A stretch of DNA of 64,000 nt from Lama glama (Eukaryota), in NCBI GenBank assembly GCA_028534125.1, contig CM052825.1, forward strand, positions 11,532,001 through 11,596,000. Reading direction: 5' to 3'. A program made the position numbers and the translations under genes. A model generated the notes under the pieces. The model made no database searches and was not told the DNA's origin. It saw nothing but the letters and a program-made list of their open reading frames with translations. Within the stretch, counting starts at the first letter, position 1; each line of letters opens with the position of its first letter. Positions 12,051-25,405 of the stretch are shown here, piece by piece.

Positions 12051-12736
12051 CCGTGATGGGGTTTTACATCAGTGCTGACACATACCAGGCAACAGGAGAA
12101 GATGTCAGATGATGACAAGGGCCCTACCTGGGGTCCCAGAAGAGGCTGGGCTCCCAGGTGGGCCAGCTGTAGGTGAGCCCTGCCCCCTCATTCTCTGGGC
12201 CACCTCTTTCCTGAGGTACCATCTCCTCTTCCCATCCCTCTGACTCAATCCTGAACTCCCTGGGTTGATGCTATCACTGAAAAGACAGTCCCCTTCAGTT
12301 GACAGGGCCCAGCCTCATTCCTGTGGTTCCCTGCATGGCCTAGATCTTACTGGCAAAAGAGCTTGTATCCTTACACTGGCCAACCCAGAGGGGCCTGGTT
12401 GGGGTTGTCTGAGAACTTGACCTGGAAATGAGGGCCTTGGTAGATGTGTCTCCCGACCCCCATCAGGCTGCCTGGGCCACTCCCGGCGTTGTCTCACCCC
12501 TGGGCTACCGGGTTTGGTAAATCAGACCTCAGACAGGGGTCTCCTCAGAACTGCCCTGCTGGGAAGGGACGTGCTCCCTTGAGGCCTCAAATCCCCAGGG
12601 CTTACCTGTCTGCGGTATGCATCCAGGCTGGCCCCACCCCCGCCCGGGACAGGACAGGGCAGGGGCAGCTCAGCTCAGAGCTCTGTTTTCTGGGGCCCCC
12701 AGGTAAGTGGGACAAAGCCATCCTTCTCTATTTGCT

Positions 12737-12738
<2 letters not shown>

Positions 12739-12772
<34 letters not shown>
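12739..12772. repeat. (TG)17 microsatellite
   Basis: Perfect dinucleotide run. Confidence 0.97.
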
Positions 12773-12774
<2 letters not shown>

Positions 12775-14214
12775 GGCAGAGGCAGACAAAGCTCACTAAT
12801 TTCATTTTCTTTCAAAACAGCAGGGTGGGGAGGGCGCAGTACAAAAGTAGAAATCCGTAATGGAAGCCTCTGGAGGTTTCATCTTTCCAGGGTAGGGAAA
12901 GCCCAGGAAACGAGAAGCTTGTTAGAAGGAAACGAGTCTTGCGGTCTGAGACACGTGATGTGTGCCTCATTTTATTTTTAATAGCAGAACAGGGTGTGAG
13001 AAATATGCCCATAAAACAGCGGAGACATGGGAGCAGGCCGGATCCCTCTGCCTCTGGCTACAGGCAGCCCGGGCGAAGCACGGAAGGGGCTCTGGCCTCT
13101 TTCCACCGCCCTGGGAAGTGGAGACCGCAGATCAAGTTTTCAGGAACACCCCAGTCATGTGGTGTGCTTTTCATTGGAATTTATCCCCTTTTGGGCTACA
13201 GCCCCTGGTGCTCCGGAGTTACATAAGCTTGCTATGCCTTTGGTCTCTAATTCAATTTCAGTTGCACACAACGCACGCACGCCAGCACGGCCAACACTAC
13301 CCGCTCCAAGACACTTTTGTGGACAACAGAAGGGGCGTCTGTGATGGTGACAAGAGCCTGTCCAGCTGTCACAGTGTGGAGCGTGACAGGAAACACGGTA
13401 ACACACATCCTCCGAATAAAGGGATCCACTTTCTGCCTGTGGAATCTTCTAGAACCAAAGTCTGCGATCGCACAGGGACCTGTGCCTCTCCTGGAGGGAG
13501 GCTGGCGTCCTGGAGCCGAGCCAGGCCTGGTCTAGAAATGATCCTATTCTAGATCCCAGGAGATTTACTTCTCATGATGCCAGCAAGTCTGTTTTCTTAA
13601 AAATACTGGCAGCCACCACTGGTTCCACCTGCATCCTGACCCAGTGCCCTCTGAGAACCGGGCCTTGGAACACTGGCAGAGGTTCGGTGACCATGCAGAA
13701 CAGACCCATCAATCAGGTCGCTGGGACAGAGTGTGTCAGATGAAATCCAGACACCAGCTAGAGTCAGGATTCGCTGGCGAAGGGGCTACTCCTGCAGAAT
13801 CAGCTGAAACTCATAGTGCTCATCGGCAAACTCCAACTGGAAATGAAGAATAATTTTTCCTAGCTCAGTCCCTGTTACATGTGAAATCTATTTAGTCTCC
13901 ACAGAAAAGTATGTTTAAGAAGAATGTGGGGTTTTAACCACAAAAAAATTGAGGGCTTTATGAATGAACAAGATGCATTCTGTTGATACATGTCATCAAA
14001 AGTTGGAGGGAGACGCAGTTCGGCGAGGCTAGGCAAGGCAATTATTAAACACCAACACACACCAGAAAATATAAGATACAAATCTGGAGGTCTTTGTTAG
14101 GGAGAAATAATAGGACAGGGTCACTGACAACGAGTCAGTGACAAAAGGCATTTAGGAAAGCTTCCCCCTTCTCTGTGAAAGATCACTCATGAGTATGGAG
14201 AGTGATTAATACAG

Positions 14215-15340
14215 CCGTTCATTCATTGATGGGGTGTGGCTTATTTATTACATACCACGTGCTGTGCTAAGATAGACAGGTAGCCGGAGAAACTTCCCAG
14301 GCTCTGAGCAGCTCGTATTCCAGTTGGAGGGACAGAGAGGTGACCAGATGCCCTCAACAGGGAAGGACAAGCACAAGAATACAAGCCCATGCAAATCTCA
14401 CGGGGGTCCTTCCATGTGACCGAGAGACAGCTCTACGAAAGGGTCACACTTGGATCTTTTGAATCTTGAAGCCAAGAAGAGAAGGGAAGGGAGGCTAAGT
14501 GGGGAGAACGTGCCAAGACGGGTGTGTCTAAGGTACTGGCTGTGTGGTGGGTGGAGAAACGTGGAGAGACTTGGAGGACAGCAAAGAGCCTTCAAAGCCA
14601 TCGGAGCTTTGCCCTGCAGCCAGGGGTTGGCAAATGATGACCTGTGGCCAAACCTGGTCCACCACCTCGTTTGTTGATAAAGTTTTACCGGAACACAGCT
14701 ATGCCCATTCGTTTCCATACTGTTGTCCATTGTTCACTGCTTCTGTACTGCACAAATGTAACTGAGTCATTGTGATGGGGACAGTTTGGCTCACAAAGCT
14801 TAAATAGTTACACTTGACTTTTTGTAGTTAAAGTTGGTGAACCCTGCTGTAGGCCACAGGGAGTTCTCAGTGGTTTTAAGTTAAAAAAAAAAAAAAACAG
14901 AGAGAGAGAGAAGGGATCAGATTGGACTGTAAACCGAGGGCTCTGGATCAGAGTCGCTAAGACAAGCGTGATGAGAGGTGAGAAGCCTGGAGCTACACCT
15001 GGAGCTGCGGGGAGCGGGGCCGAGAGACTTCTGGGTGGTCCGAGCTCAAGGAGGCTCCAGTGTCCCAGGTTTAGCAGAAGGACAATGTGAGGATGACACT
15101 GGATACTGAGGACTCTCACTTGCCTGATGGGTGAGCAGTGATGACATTAACTGAGAGAGAATTCAGGAGGAAGCACAGGAGTCCAGGGAGGGAGGGATGG
15201 ATGGGCAGTGGTATTCTGGCCACAGAGAATACTCCAGGGCTCTGATACCCAAACGGTCAGGGCTGGTGAATACACAGAAATATCCAGTGAGCATTTGGAG
15301 ATGGCGATACTGGAAATATGATGAGAATAGAAAGCAGGAC
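14215..15340 (-). mobile_element. L2 LINE fragment (split by MER58A)
   Basis: cattcattg tail; ctgtaggccacagggagttctcagtggttttaag; gatcagattgg; gagcatttggagatgg. Confidence 0.65.
14621..14846 (+). mobile_element. hAT-Charlie MITE MER58A
   Basis: TIRs caggggttggcaaa...gttggtgaaccctg; internal ataaagttttaccggaacacagctatgcccattcgttt. Confidence 0.85.
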
Positions 15341-16639
15341 TAGAATGACCAGAATTGCACATAAAACGAAGTCCAATCCTGGAGTGGGTTTTCGTGTGAA
15401 TGGGTTCCAAATTAATTATAATCAATCAGTCCACAAATACAACTAATCGGTTTCAGTAATTAGGGAACACAGAGGTGAGAGCTCAGACAGCGAGGGGGCA
15501 GGGCCCTGAAGGAGGAGGGGAACGTGCTGGGAGGAGGCAGGGATGCAACAGGAACCCAGAAGTGTCCAGAATTCAACAAAGCTGACTCGGCACAGGCCAC
15601 AGAGACGGGGACAGGGTCGGGGGTAGGGCGCTGCTTCGGATAATTCACATTTTTGCCAGGCTTTTTCTCCCTTGGTATACCTTTAGAAGGGTGAAAGGAC
15701 CCTCACTCCTAGGTTCTTTGTTATTTGAGGTGTGACTGCATCCATTTCAATAAATGCTCCTTAACTGACTGTCCCTCCCTGAGAGCATAAAATTACCTGT
15801 GATCCATGGTTAGAATCCAGGGCTGAGCAGGTAAGTTCCCTGGCCCCAGGCTCACCATGGGCCACTGTTAACCCTGGGGGGCAGGCGGTTCAAAGGCTCA
15901 GTGCTCAAGGCTGGTGGGACGGAGATTCAGCTCCATACTGTGGTTCTCCGCTGTCCCCACACTCCTGATCTTTTTCCTTACCTCAGGGCCCCAAGGATAC
16001 CCTGAGTTCAAACATAAAGCCAACCCCTTCCCTAGCTAGCATCTGGAACAAAGAGCATGTCAGTAACTTACTAGGTGGTGAAATTACGCGGAGCATCTCT
16101 GGTGGTGAAAAGCAATCATTCTCTCCTAACGCAGAGAGGCACCAGGCAGTCACAAAGCTCGGGGCCATTTCTAAGGGTTTCAGAGCTAGAACAGAGTTTA
16201 TCTGTCCCCAAAGTTTAAACCTCCACGGATTACGCTGAATTGATTTTAGCAGGCCGGACCTGGTAAAGCTAATGGAAAATTCCCCACCAGCAAAAGAACA
16301 AAGCAAATGAGAGCTGAAACTAACAATGAAAGTCTGTCTGGGCCACGGGCACCTTGTGACAGACTGACCGCTCCCTGAAAGGAGAGCCAGGAAACTGACT
16401 TGAACATACATGAGAGTGAAAATTGCTGGAGGGTCTCCATGCCAAAAAACAAGGGGGCAAGTGAAGAGAGAGGAAGAGGACATCTAGCAAGGCTGCAGTT
16501 TCTTTTGTCTTGAGGGCTTCTGGATTTGCCCTCTGGGATGGGCACAGCCCCCTCAAAAGACCAGAACTACATCTGCAGAGGGATGCTACAGTTTTTAGTT
16601 TATACGTTAATTTTTGCTTCTTATGAAAAATGCCCCCAA

Positions 16640-17082
16640 AATGTATAAAGAAAAAAAAATCTATAACTTATTGGTCAGTAATAACCACTGTTAACATATT
16701 AGGGTATTTTGTTCCAAATGTTTTTATGTACAAATATTCTTAATTAAATGGGGATCATACGCTCTCTATAACTTTATATCTTTTTTTCATTTAGCACACT
16801 ATCATTTCAGTCTTCTGTATTGCTAACTACTCTTTAAAACATCATTTTTGATAGCTACATAGTATTCCATTAACAGCCAAATTGATTTCACCAAATTCCT
16901 AGTGTGGGACATGTAGATCATTTCTGATTTTAAAGAATGCTGCAATGGAAATCTTTGTATATAAATTTTCATGTATTTTAATAATCATTTCCTTAAGATG
17001 ACATCCTAAGAATGGAACTACTACTGGATCAAAGGGCAGGAACTTTTTTAAGGTGCTGAATATATATGGCCAAGTTGCCCTC
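16640..17082 (-). mobile_element. L1ME/MC-type fragment (resumes briefly after the MER21 LTR)
   Basis: aaatggggatcatac; tagtattccatt; aatgctgcaatggaaatctttgtata; actggatcaaagggca; gccaagttgccctc. Confidence 0.8.
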
Positions 17083-17882
17083 TGTGATCTGTTTCTACTC
17101 ACAACATGCCTGACATCAAATGTGTAGGGGGTTTTCCCACACTAACTAATTCTCCAGCTCTCTGGATACCAATCTGGTGTCCAATGATTTAATCCAATTT
17201 TGATACTAACTACTCAAGAGTCTGTGCAGACCCCAAAGGTTAGGCACTATCCTCACTTCAGATGTGAGTCACAAATTTAGGCCACCTGTCCTTGTGACCA
17301 ACTGGTTATAAAGTCAAAGGTTCCCACCGCCCTTTCTTGGATTCGATAATTTGCTAGACTAGCTTACAGAATTCAGGAAAGCTCTTTACTTACATTGGCT
17401 GGTTTATTATAAAGAATAGAACTCAGGAACAGATAAATAGAAGAGATGCATAGGGCCAAGAATGGTGGGTTCCAGACCCTTCCTGGGCACACCAACCTCC
17501 CAGCACCTCCAGNNNNNNNNNNNNNNNNNNNNNNNNNNNNNNNNNNNNNNNNNNNNNNNNNNNNNNNNNNNNNNNNNNNNNNNNNNNNNNNNNNNNNNNN
17601 NNNNNNNNNNNNNNNNNNNNNNNNNNNNNNNNNNNNNNNNNNNNNNNNNNNNNNNNNNNNNNNNNNNNNNNNNNNNNNNNNNNNNNNNCAACCAGTCCCC
17701 ATCCAAAAGCCACCAGTTATCTCATTAGAATATGAAAGACATTCTTATCACTCCAGAGTTTCAGGAATTTTGTTTTACTTTAGTTTTCAGGGTCAGTTTC
17801 AGACCCAGGGTTTCAGGAGCTTTGGGCCAAGAATCAGGAAAGAAGACCAAATATATTTTTCTTATTGTGTCACAATATCACA
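17083..17882 (-). mobile_element. ERVL solo LTR (MER21 family), contains the 176-N gap at 17513-17688
   Basis: tgtgatctgtttctactcacaac...gaccaaatatatttttcttattgtgtcacaatatcaca; TG...CA ends; flanks ccctc / ctctc (4 of 5 match as a TSD). Confidence 0.85.
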
Positions 17883-18819
17883 CTCTCCAAAACGTCAGCA
17901 TCAGTTGTTGCTGCCCTCCATTTCACATCATTTTTATGAACAGAAACTGAATCTTCTATGACATGTGCCTACCACCCAGCTATCCTGAAGTTCAAGACCC
18001 AGGTGGTTATAAAGGGGGGCATTAAGGAGAGGGAGACCATTCAGATATTTTCTGAAAAAGACCAGCAGGATAACCACGGGACCCTGAGTGGACTCCACAC
18101 TCAGCCCCAGGCCTGATCCAAAGGAGGTGTCCAGGAAACACCTACACTCATGGCTCAGGGGGCTCCCCTCACACAGGCAGAGGAGGGATCCAAGGGGAGA
18201 GAGCCACCCTCCTGACTCCAGGCCAGGACTTCCTCCAGGGCAGGATGCTGGGTAGTTTGTCCTAAGAAGAGATGGACCACCTCCATGATCCAGCAGATGA
18301 GACCGCATCATGAGGACAAGCCTGTTGCTTCTCCCCAGAAGGAGCCATTCTTCACCCAGCAACAAGCACCCACTCAGGGAAACAGCCCAAGGCAGGAAAC
18401 AGGCGTCGGACCGCTTGGCACATAAGGCAATACTGCATGGATCTGCCGGCAGCAAACTGAGTAGAATTTATCTGTGAGCAACATAGTGATAATCAATACA
18501 ATTAATTTTTCATTAAGTCACACTGTTCCTCAACTGAATATGCTGAGATCAGAGAATAATCAGCATCGGAGAAAACAAGACCATATTGTAGATTTAGCAC
18601 CGATCTGGAGGCCAGAAAAGCAAGGACACAAGATCCAAGTTCCAGAAAACAGACCAGAGGCAAAAGGCCTGGAGAGCAGGGGAGGGCGTCTCAGGCATAG
18701 CTTGCACCCCTCCCCTCCTGGGGATCTTGGGAATCCTCTGGAAAAGCTCAGTTTATCTTGCCATTGTTCAATTCAGCTCAATCCAACAAAGATTTCTTAG
18801 GCTAACTTCCCTCATATTT

Positions 18820-19925
18820 AAAAAGGCCAGCAAGTCAAAAGAAAATTGCTTAAGAATATGAGCAGACAGTCCCTAGGAAAGGAATTATGAATGGCTCTTA
18901 AACATACAAAACAATATTCAACCCCACTCATACTAAGAGAAATGCAAATTAAAACGACGTTTGTGTATTTTCACCAGTGAGGCAAGTAAAGATCAAGAAA
19001 TTCGACAACACATAGCGGGTAAAGCTGCGAGAAACCGGGCCCTCTGACGCTTTGCTGGTAGAAGTGTAAATCAGTATAACCTCTTTGAAGTGCAATACAG
19101 TCATCTCTATTCTACTAAAAAAAAAATGCACACTTTAACTCAACGACCCTACCAGAAATGTACCAGACAGCTACACCGACACACATGCAGTATGAAGCAT
19201 GAACCAGGCTCCTGGTTGCAGCAATGATTATACATGTTTTAAATGATCAGATTTAATGGCACTAAGGGATTATTGTTCATTGTGTTAGGTGTGATACTGG
19301 AACTGGTTTTTTTAAGTCATGTTCTAATCTGTACTAAAATAATTACTAGTGAAAGGATTAAATGTCTGGGATTTGCTTTAAAATAATACAGGAAAGGGGA
19401 GGGTTGGCAGAGAGGGTGCAGATGAAACAAGCTTGGTTCCAAGTTAAAGCTGGGGGATGGGCCCACCGGTGTTCATCACACTTGAATCTTCCATAATACG
19501 ACATCGAAAATTGAAAAGATCAGAATCAACTCAAATGCCTATTAACAGAAGACAGGTTAAATCAAACATAGCATACCAAAGCAACAGGCGAGTATGCAGC
19601 TGTAAAAAGGGTAAGAATGTTGTTTGCATCTTGATGTGCCAGGATGTACTGTTAAATGAAAAAAAAAAGCAAGATGTGGAAAAGTGTGTATCAGATACTA
19701 CCATTTGTATAAAAAGAAGAAGAAAAAAAGAGGACACAAACTTGCCTGAAAATGTACAGACTCTCCCTAGACCAGTACTTAGGATCCAGCTAACCCTGGC
19801 TCCCCTGGGGCAGGGAACTAGGTGGGAAGGAAGGACAGGACAGAGGGACACTTTCATTATACACACTTTTCTACCTTGTGAAATTTGTAGTAATGATGTA
19901 TTACATACTCACATAAAGAAATAAA
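18820..19925 (+). mobile_element. Old L1 (L1ME-like) with a nested L1MC4-like 3' UTR piece (~19250-19510)
   Basis: agagaaatgcaaattaaaac; tgctggtagaagtgtaaatcagtataacc; atgtctgggatttgctttaaaataata; caaatgcctattaacagaag. Confidence 0.7.
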
Positions 19926-19938
19926 CGTCTGATTGCTA

Positions 19939-21248
19939 TAAACTCAAAATGGCTTAAAGACTTAAACATAAGATACTATAAACCTCCTAGAAGAAAATAT
20001 GGGCAAAATATTCTCTGACATAAACCTTAGCAATGTTCTCCTAGGGCAGTCTNNNNNNNNNNNNNNNNNNNNNNNNNNNNNNNNNNNNNNNNNNNNNNNN
20101 NNNNNNNNNNNNNNNNNNNNNNNNNNNNNNNNNNNNNNNNNNNNNNNNNNNNNNNNNNNNNNNNNNNNNNNNNNNNNNNNNNNNNNNNNNNNNNNNNNNN
20201 NNTTAACTTCCAGACTATATAAACAGCTCATACAATTTAATAACAAAAAAACAAACAAATAACCTAATCCAAAAATAGGCAGAAGACCTAAACAAGCAAT
20301 TCTCCAAGGAAGACATACAAATGACTAAAAGGCACATGAAAAAATGCTTGGTATCACTAATTATCAGAGAAATGCAAATCAAAACTACAATCAGGTATCA
20401 CCTCATACCAGTCAGAATGGTCATCATTCAAAAGTCCACAAACAATAAATGCCAGAGAGAGTGTGGAGAAAAGGGAACCCTTCTACACTGCTGGTGGGAA
20501 CGTAGTTTGGTGTAGCCATTATGGAAAACAGAGATTCCTCAAAAAACTAAAGATAGACTTACCATATGATCCAGCAATCCTACTCCTGGGCATATATCCA
20601 GAGTGAACTGTTATTCAAAAAGATACATGCACCCCAATGTTCATAGCAGTAATATATACACAATAGCCAAGACATGGAAGTAACCTAAATGTCCAACAAC
20701 ACATGACTGGATAAAGGAGCTGTGGTATATTTATACAACGGAACACTACTCAGCCATAAAAAAAGGATAAAATAATGCCATTCACAGTAACATGGATGAA
20801 CCTGTAGATCATCATTTTGAGTGAAGTAAGCCAGAAAGAGAAAGAAAAATACTATATGATATCACCCATATGTGAAATCTAAAAACAAAGAGAAGAAAAC
20901 TAAAAAGAGGACACAAATGAACTCATTTACAAAACAGAAACAGACTCATCAGACATTGAAAACAATATTATGGTTACTGAGGGAAATAGGGTGAGAAGGG
21001 ATAAATCTGGGAGTCTGAGATTTGCAAATGTTAACCGCTACATATAAAAACAGATGAAAAACAAATTTCTTCTGTATAGTTCAGGGACCTATATTCAATA
21101 TCTTGTAATAACCTTTAATGAAAAAGAATACGAAAATGAATATATGTATATATATATGCATGACTGGGACATTACACTGTACAGTAGAAATTGACACAGT
21201 GTAACTGACTATACTTCAATTAATTAGCTAATTATTTTAAAATGAAAG
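19939..21248 (+). mobile_element. Artiodactyl/camelid-lineage L1, 5'-truncated (~1.3 kb), contains the 150-N gap at 20053-20202
   Basis: Well-preserved ORF2 C-terminus (ORF 20321-20515 [33 protein letters not shown]) and L1_Art-type 3' UTR (aactcatttacaaaacagaaacagactca; gactatacttcaatt). Degenerate TSD at 19923-19938 and 21249-21264. Confidence 0.92.
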
Positions 21249-21899
21249 AAATGTATGATTGTTAAAATATACACTAAATTATGAATAGTGGTTGTTGCTG
21301 AAAGTTAGGGTTATGGGCAAGTATTACTCTTTTCCAAACATTCTGCAGGGAACATGTATCTCAGGTGATTCGGGGGAGAGACAGAGGTTGTGCCTGAAAA
21401 GGCAAAACCCAGGAAATGACTTAATCAAAGAGCTTGTCTGACCTGTCACACAGAGGGTGACCCAGAGACTCCGTGTTGCCTGATGCTGCCACAGCTCTCT
21501 TCCTTCCAGCGCCACTGAGCCTCCATGGGTCATCAGGGATCAGGCTGGGTCAGGACGTGATGCTGGGCGAGATCTGGCTCTGCCCTTAAAGCACTCATGA
21601 TGGGGCAGGTGGGGGAAGGGGCAGAAACGCAAACAGGCAATTACAGCGCCACAGGATAAGTGCTGCAACACTCACAACTTAAGGAAGCCGGAGGTGGGGA
21701 GCAGTGTCACGGGAGGAAACTGATTTTTCAGTGGGGAAATGCATAAAGTCTTTAAAAATGGATGGTAATTGGAGTCAAGATTATATGGTGATGATTCGGT
21801 TTCATGTCAAGGATAAAATGTCTGACCCCATTTGTTAACTGGCCTCCCATGGTGACTCAGCACTAACACAGTTCCTATCATCTGTACTGGTTCCCCGGG

Positions 21900-22600
21900 G
21901 CCGAGCTGAACTGCAATGACTTATGCTTTTCCGCTCTGACCCTGTATCAGGACAGCAATCTTGCTCCATTCCCAGTAAATTCACTACCCTTAACCACTGC
22001 TTCTCAAAAGACTTATACTTCCACTCCACTCAAACCCAACACACGGCCACATTCCGGTCCCTGTATTCACCCAACATTGCTCAACTCTGGAATCGTAAGC
22101 TCTAAAATTTCACTCTCATACCACGATCTCATGTTTTTTCCAACTGTCACTCCCACTAGGCTGCTCTTCTACTTTTTAAGACCTTCATTCCTCAGCATTG
22201 CTCCAGTTTGTCAGCCCACCTATTCAATCCAAACAGACAAGTTCCCTGAAGCCCAATTCAATGCAACCACTGTCTTCCCGACACTCTTACCATCAACCTC
22301 CTAGTTTCTCACTAGGTCTATTCTCTGCATTCCAAGCAGCCTCTCCACCTCTGTAGCCAGACACAACCCTTTCCCCAGGGTTCTCTTCAAGATCTTCCTG
22401 AGTCTCCTCAAACTCTCCATCCCACTTCCTAAAACCACCCCAAGCTCTCAGTGAATAATGTAGTCCTCCAACTGCTCTTCAGAAAAGAAAGAGGTTATCA
22501 CTCCAGAATGGGTCTAATTTTTCAGCCCTTTTCCCCTGTAAACTCACCTGCTACAACATATATTCTCATTTTCTCTCTTGTTGTAGACAAGGGCTACCCG
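21900..22600 (+). mobile_element. L2 internal fragment
   Basis: C/T-rich; ccactccactcaaacccaacacacggccacatt; cactctcataccacgatctc. Confidence 0.45.
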
Positions 22601-22619
22601 CTTCCACTTCTATCAGCCT

Positions 22620-23170
22620 CCTGACCTCATCCCTCTCCCAAACTCTTGGCCACTTGCTTTGCTGTAGCTGTCATCAGCATGGTGACTCAAATCAGACCCT
22701 GTTAGGGCCACGCAACCCCAAGGCCTGATATCATGGCCAGGGTCTCTCACTTCCCTGTAGTTTCTCCATTTGGATGAAGCACCACAAAGTGTATGCAATC
22801 TGACCGCCAAGAGGTGGCCAGACAGGTTTGATGACACACTCCAGAAGCACAAGGGTAGTCACTTCCTAGAAATTCAATTTTGACCGATTAGAAAGAGAAG
22901 AAAGGAGACAGCTATGAAATAAATGCCCTCTGTGCTCCTCTCTCCAATGGACTGTCCCCAGACAGCGTTTCTCTGCAGCCTATCTGAAGACATCTCGTAT
23001 CGCTGAGACATCATGAAACGGTGGCCAACCTGGCAATGCATTCCTTGGGGTTTGCGTTCCATCCTTCCCCCTCTCACTCCTCTCTTCTGTTCTTGCTGCC
23101 CAGGTTTGCACCTCCCCAAAGACATGAGCACTGAAGCCTTGCCTCAGGCTCTGCCTTCCAGATATCACAT
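22620..23170 (+). mobile_element. ERVL-class solo LTR (LTR16/LTR33-like)
   Basis: caattttgaccgattag...aaataaatgccctct...ccttccccctctcactcctctc...ccttgcctcaggctctgcctt. Confidence 0.6.
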
Positions 23171-23249
23171 GCCAGGCAGGCTGTGGGTTCCAATACTTCC
23201 TTCCTGTCTGGAGACTCTGAACCTTCGTAATCCCCTCATTTCTAGAGCG

Positions 23250-23900
23250 TAACTTTTTGTAAATACAGAAAAGCCAAGGGAATGATACAAGCGAACCCTC
23301 ATAAACCCACAACCAAACTGTATCAAATCTTAACACTTTGCCATTTTGGTTTAATTTTTTCAGAAAAAGGCAATGAGAAGTGAAGCTCTCTGTATCTCTG
23401 TCCTGTTCCCACGTCTCTCACTCACCGGCTAGAATCACTATCTTGATTTTGGTATTTATCATTCCCCATCCATGTTTTTTTAAAATAATCTTTCTTTCTT
23501 ATAAAATATTTCAAACATAAGAGTCCAAGAAAGAGAAAAGTGTAATAAACATGTATTTATTTCACCCAGCCTTATCAGATCTATTCATTCTATCATGTTT
23601 ACTTCAGAGACTTTTTTTAAGTGGCTTCATGGAAGCATAATTTACACACAATAGTTTGAAACCCCTCCCCCTAGGTCGCCTCTCTACTTCATCCCTCTCC
23701 TTCCAGCCCAATAGGAACCACTGTCTTGAATTCTAAGTACTTATTGTTGCCTCGGATTTTTTTCACCTTTATTCTGAACGTGTATGCAGTCGTGTGTGTG
23801 CACGTGTGTGTGGTGGGCATACATATAATATAATGGGTACACACACACACACACATACTGACCCGTATGACTCTAGTTTATTTTATCTAATATGTGGTTT
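23250..23900 (-). mobile_element. Old L1 3' UTR fragments with (TG)/(CA) tracts
   Basis: aatcactatcttgattttggtatttatcattcccc; aaaatatttcaaacata; aaccactgtcttgaattct. Confidence 0.55.
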
Positions 23901-24329
23901 CCCATCACCAGCTGACTGGTGTACGGGTTGCTGAGCGTTTTTTCTATGCACGGTATTCCCACAATGAGTATTTTTGCATCCTGTGTAGTCGGTGCCTCTC
24001 CGTAGCAGCTGCACAGCAAGTTACAGGCTGGGGTCCAGGAAATAATCATGCCCAAATACGCCGGACTGGCCTCTGCTCTGTGTGCCAACTCTGTTTCTGA
24101 TAAAATTCTGTGTCGCTGCCTAATGAAACAAGGGCTTCAGCAGGGGTCTCTCCCAGACCATGGCGGCCACCAGGAAGGCTGAAGCATTAAGTACATTTGA
24201 AGCACACAGTGCAATTACTGAAAATAATGTGGTAGAGTCTCCATGACATAGAAAAGGTTCACAATTTATTGCCAAGTGGAAAATTTCTCAATTTTCTGTA
24301 TTATGTGATCGTCATTTTCAATGATGAGA

Positions 24330-25405
24330 TTATACCAAAAAGATCCAGGAACCTGCCTGAAGGGGCTACTGCTACCATCAAAATAAACACTGATGGAAAG
24401 AGATGACAGTCTATTAAATAAAACAGGAATTAAGTTAATTCTGATATAAATGACTGAATGAATAAATGTGGATAAGAAAAGGCTCTTGCGTACTATGTAA
24501 TGTCAATAAATCTAGAAGCAAAGATGGACTTAGAGAAACCATCATTTGGTAACCACCACAATAATCACTGATTCAGGCAAGGATCACTGATGGGCACGAA
24601 AACCAGTGAGTGAAAGTTTAAAGAGGAGCAGACATTTATATAGTAGTTCTACCCCACAGAACACTTAGTAATTATGAAGAGGAAAAGAGTCACTTTACAG
24701 TGAGAAGCCTAGCAGACTCTATCTTAATTCAGTGATCAAAGTTCGTATCACCAGTCATGGGACAAACCATCATTCCATGTCACATGATCAGATGCCCTGA
24801 GAGGGACATGCCATCGTCATCTCTGTGATATTTCTGCCAAAGCTGCACAACTTAAATCTAATCACAAGGGAACAGCAGACAAACCCAACGTGAAGGGCAT
24901 GTTACAAAATAACTGGCCTATAACCTTCAAAAATGTCCGGGAGGCAAAAGTAAAAAGCAAAACAAAACAGAAAACCTAAGGAAACTTTCGAGATTGGAGA
25001 AAACTGAAAAGACATCACAGGAAAATGCAAAGTACGATCCTGGATGGCGTGATTTCGCTGTAAAGGGCAGTACTGGGATAATGGGAGAAATGTGAATGGA
25101 GACTATCAATTAGGTGGCAGTATTACCCTACGTTTCCTGATTCTGCTGATTGTATCGTGGTTAGGCACGAAAGTGTGGAAAATACATGCAGAGTATTCAA
25201 GATTAATTGGGACATCATATCTGCTGCTTACTCTAAAAACCGCACACATCTGGGAGGGAGAGAGAATGATAATGTAAATGAATCCAAATGCCAACAATCA
25301 GGGAATCTGGCTAAAAGATATGCAGGAGTTCATTGTACCAGTCTTGAAATTTTCCTCTCTAGTTGAAATTACCTAAAATAAAACAGTAAAAACAAACAAA
25401 AAAAG
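24330..25405 (+). mobile_element. L1MC4/5-like 3' UTR
   Basis: ccatcatttggtaaccacca; gattcaggcaaggatca; cactttacagtgagaagcctagcagac; gtgatcaaagtt; A-rich end. Confidence 0.8.

Noticed and set aside
12962-13552. 196-aa ORF
   Set aside because: No homology recognised and no coherent splice or promoter context.
24161-24181. CTCF site tggcggccaccaggaaggctg
   Set aside because: The 3' core lacks the required AGRKGGC spacing.
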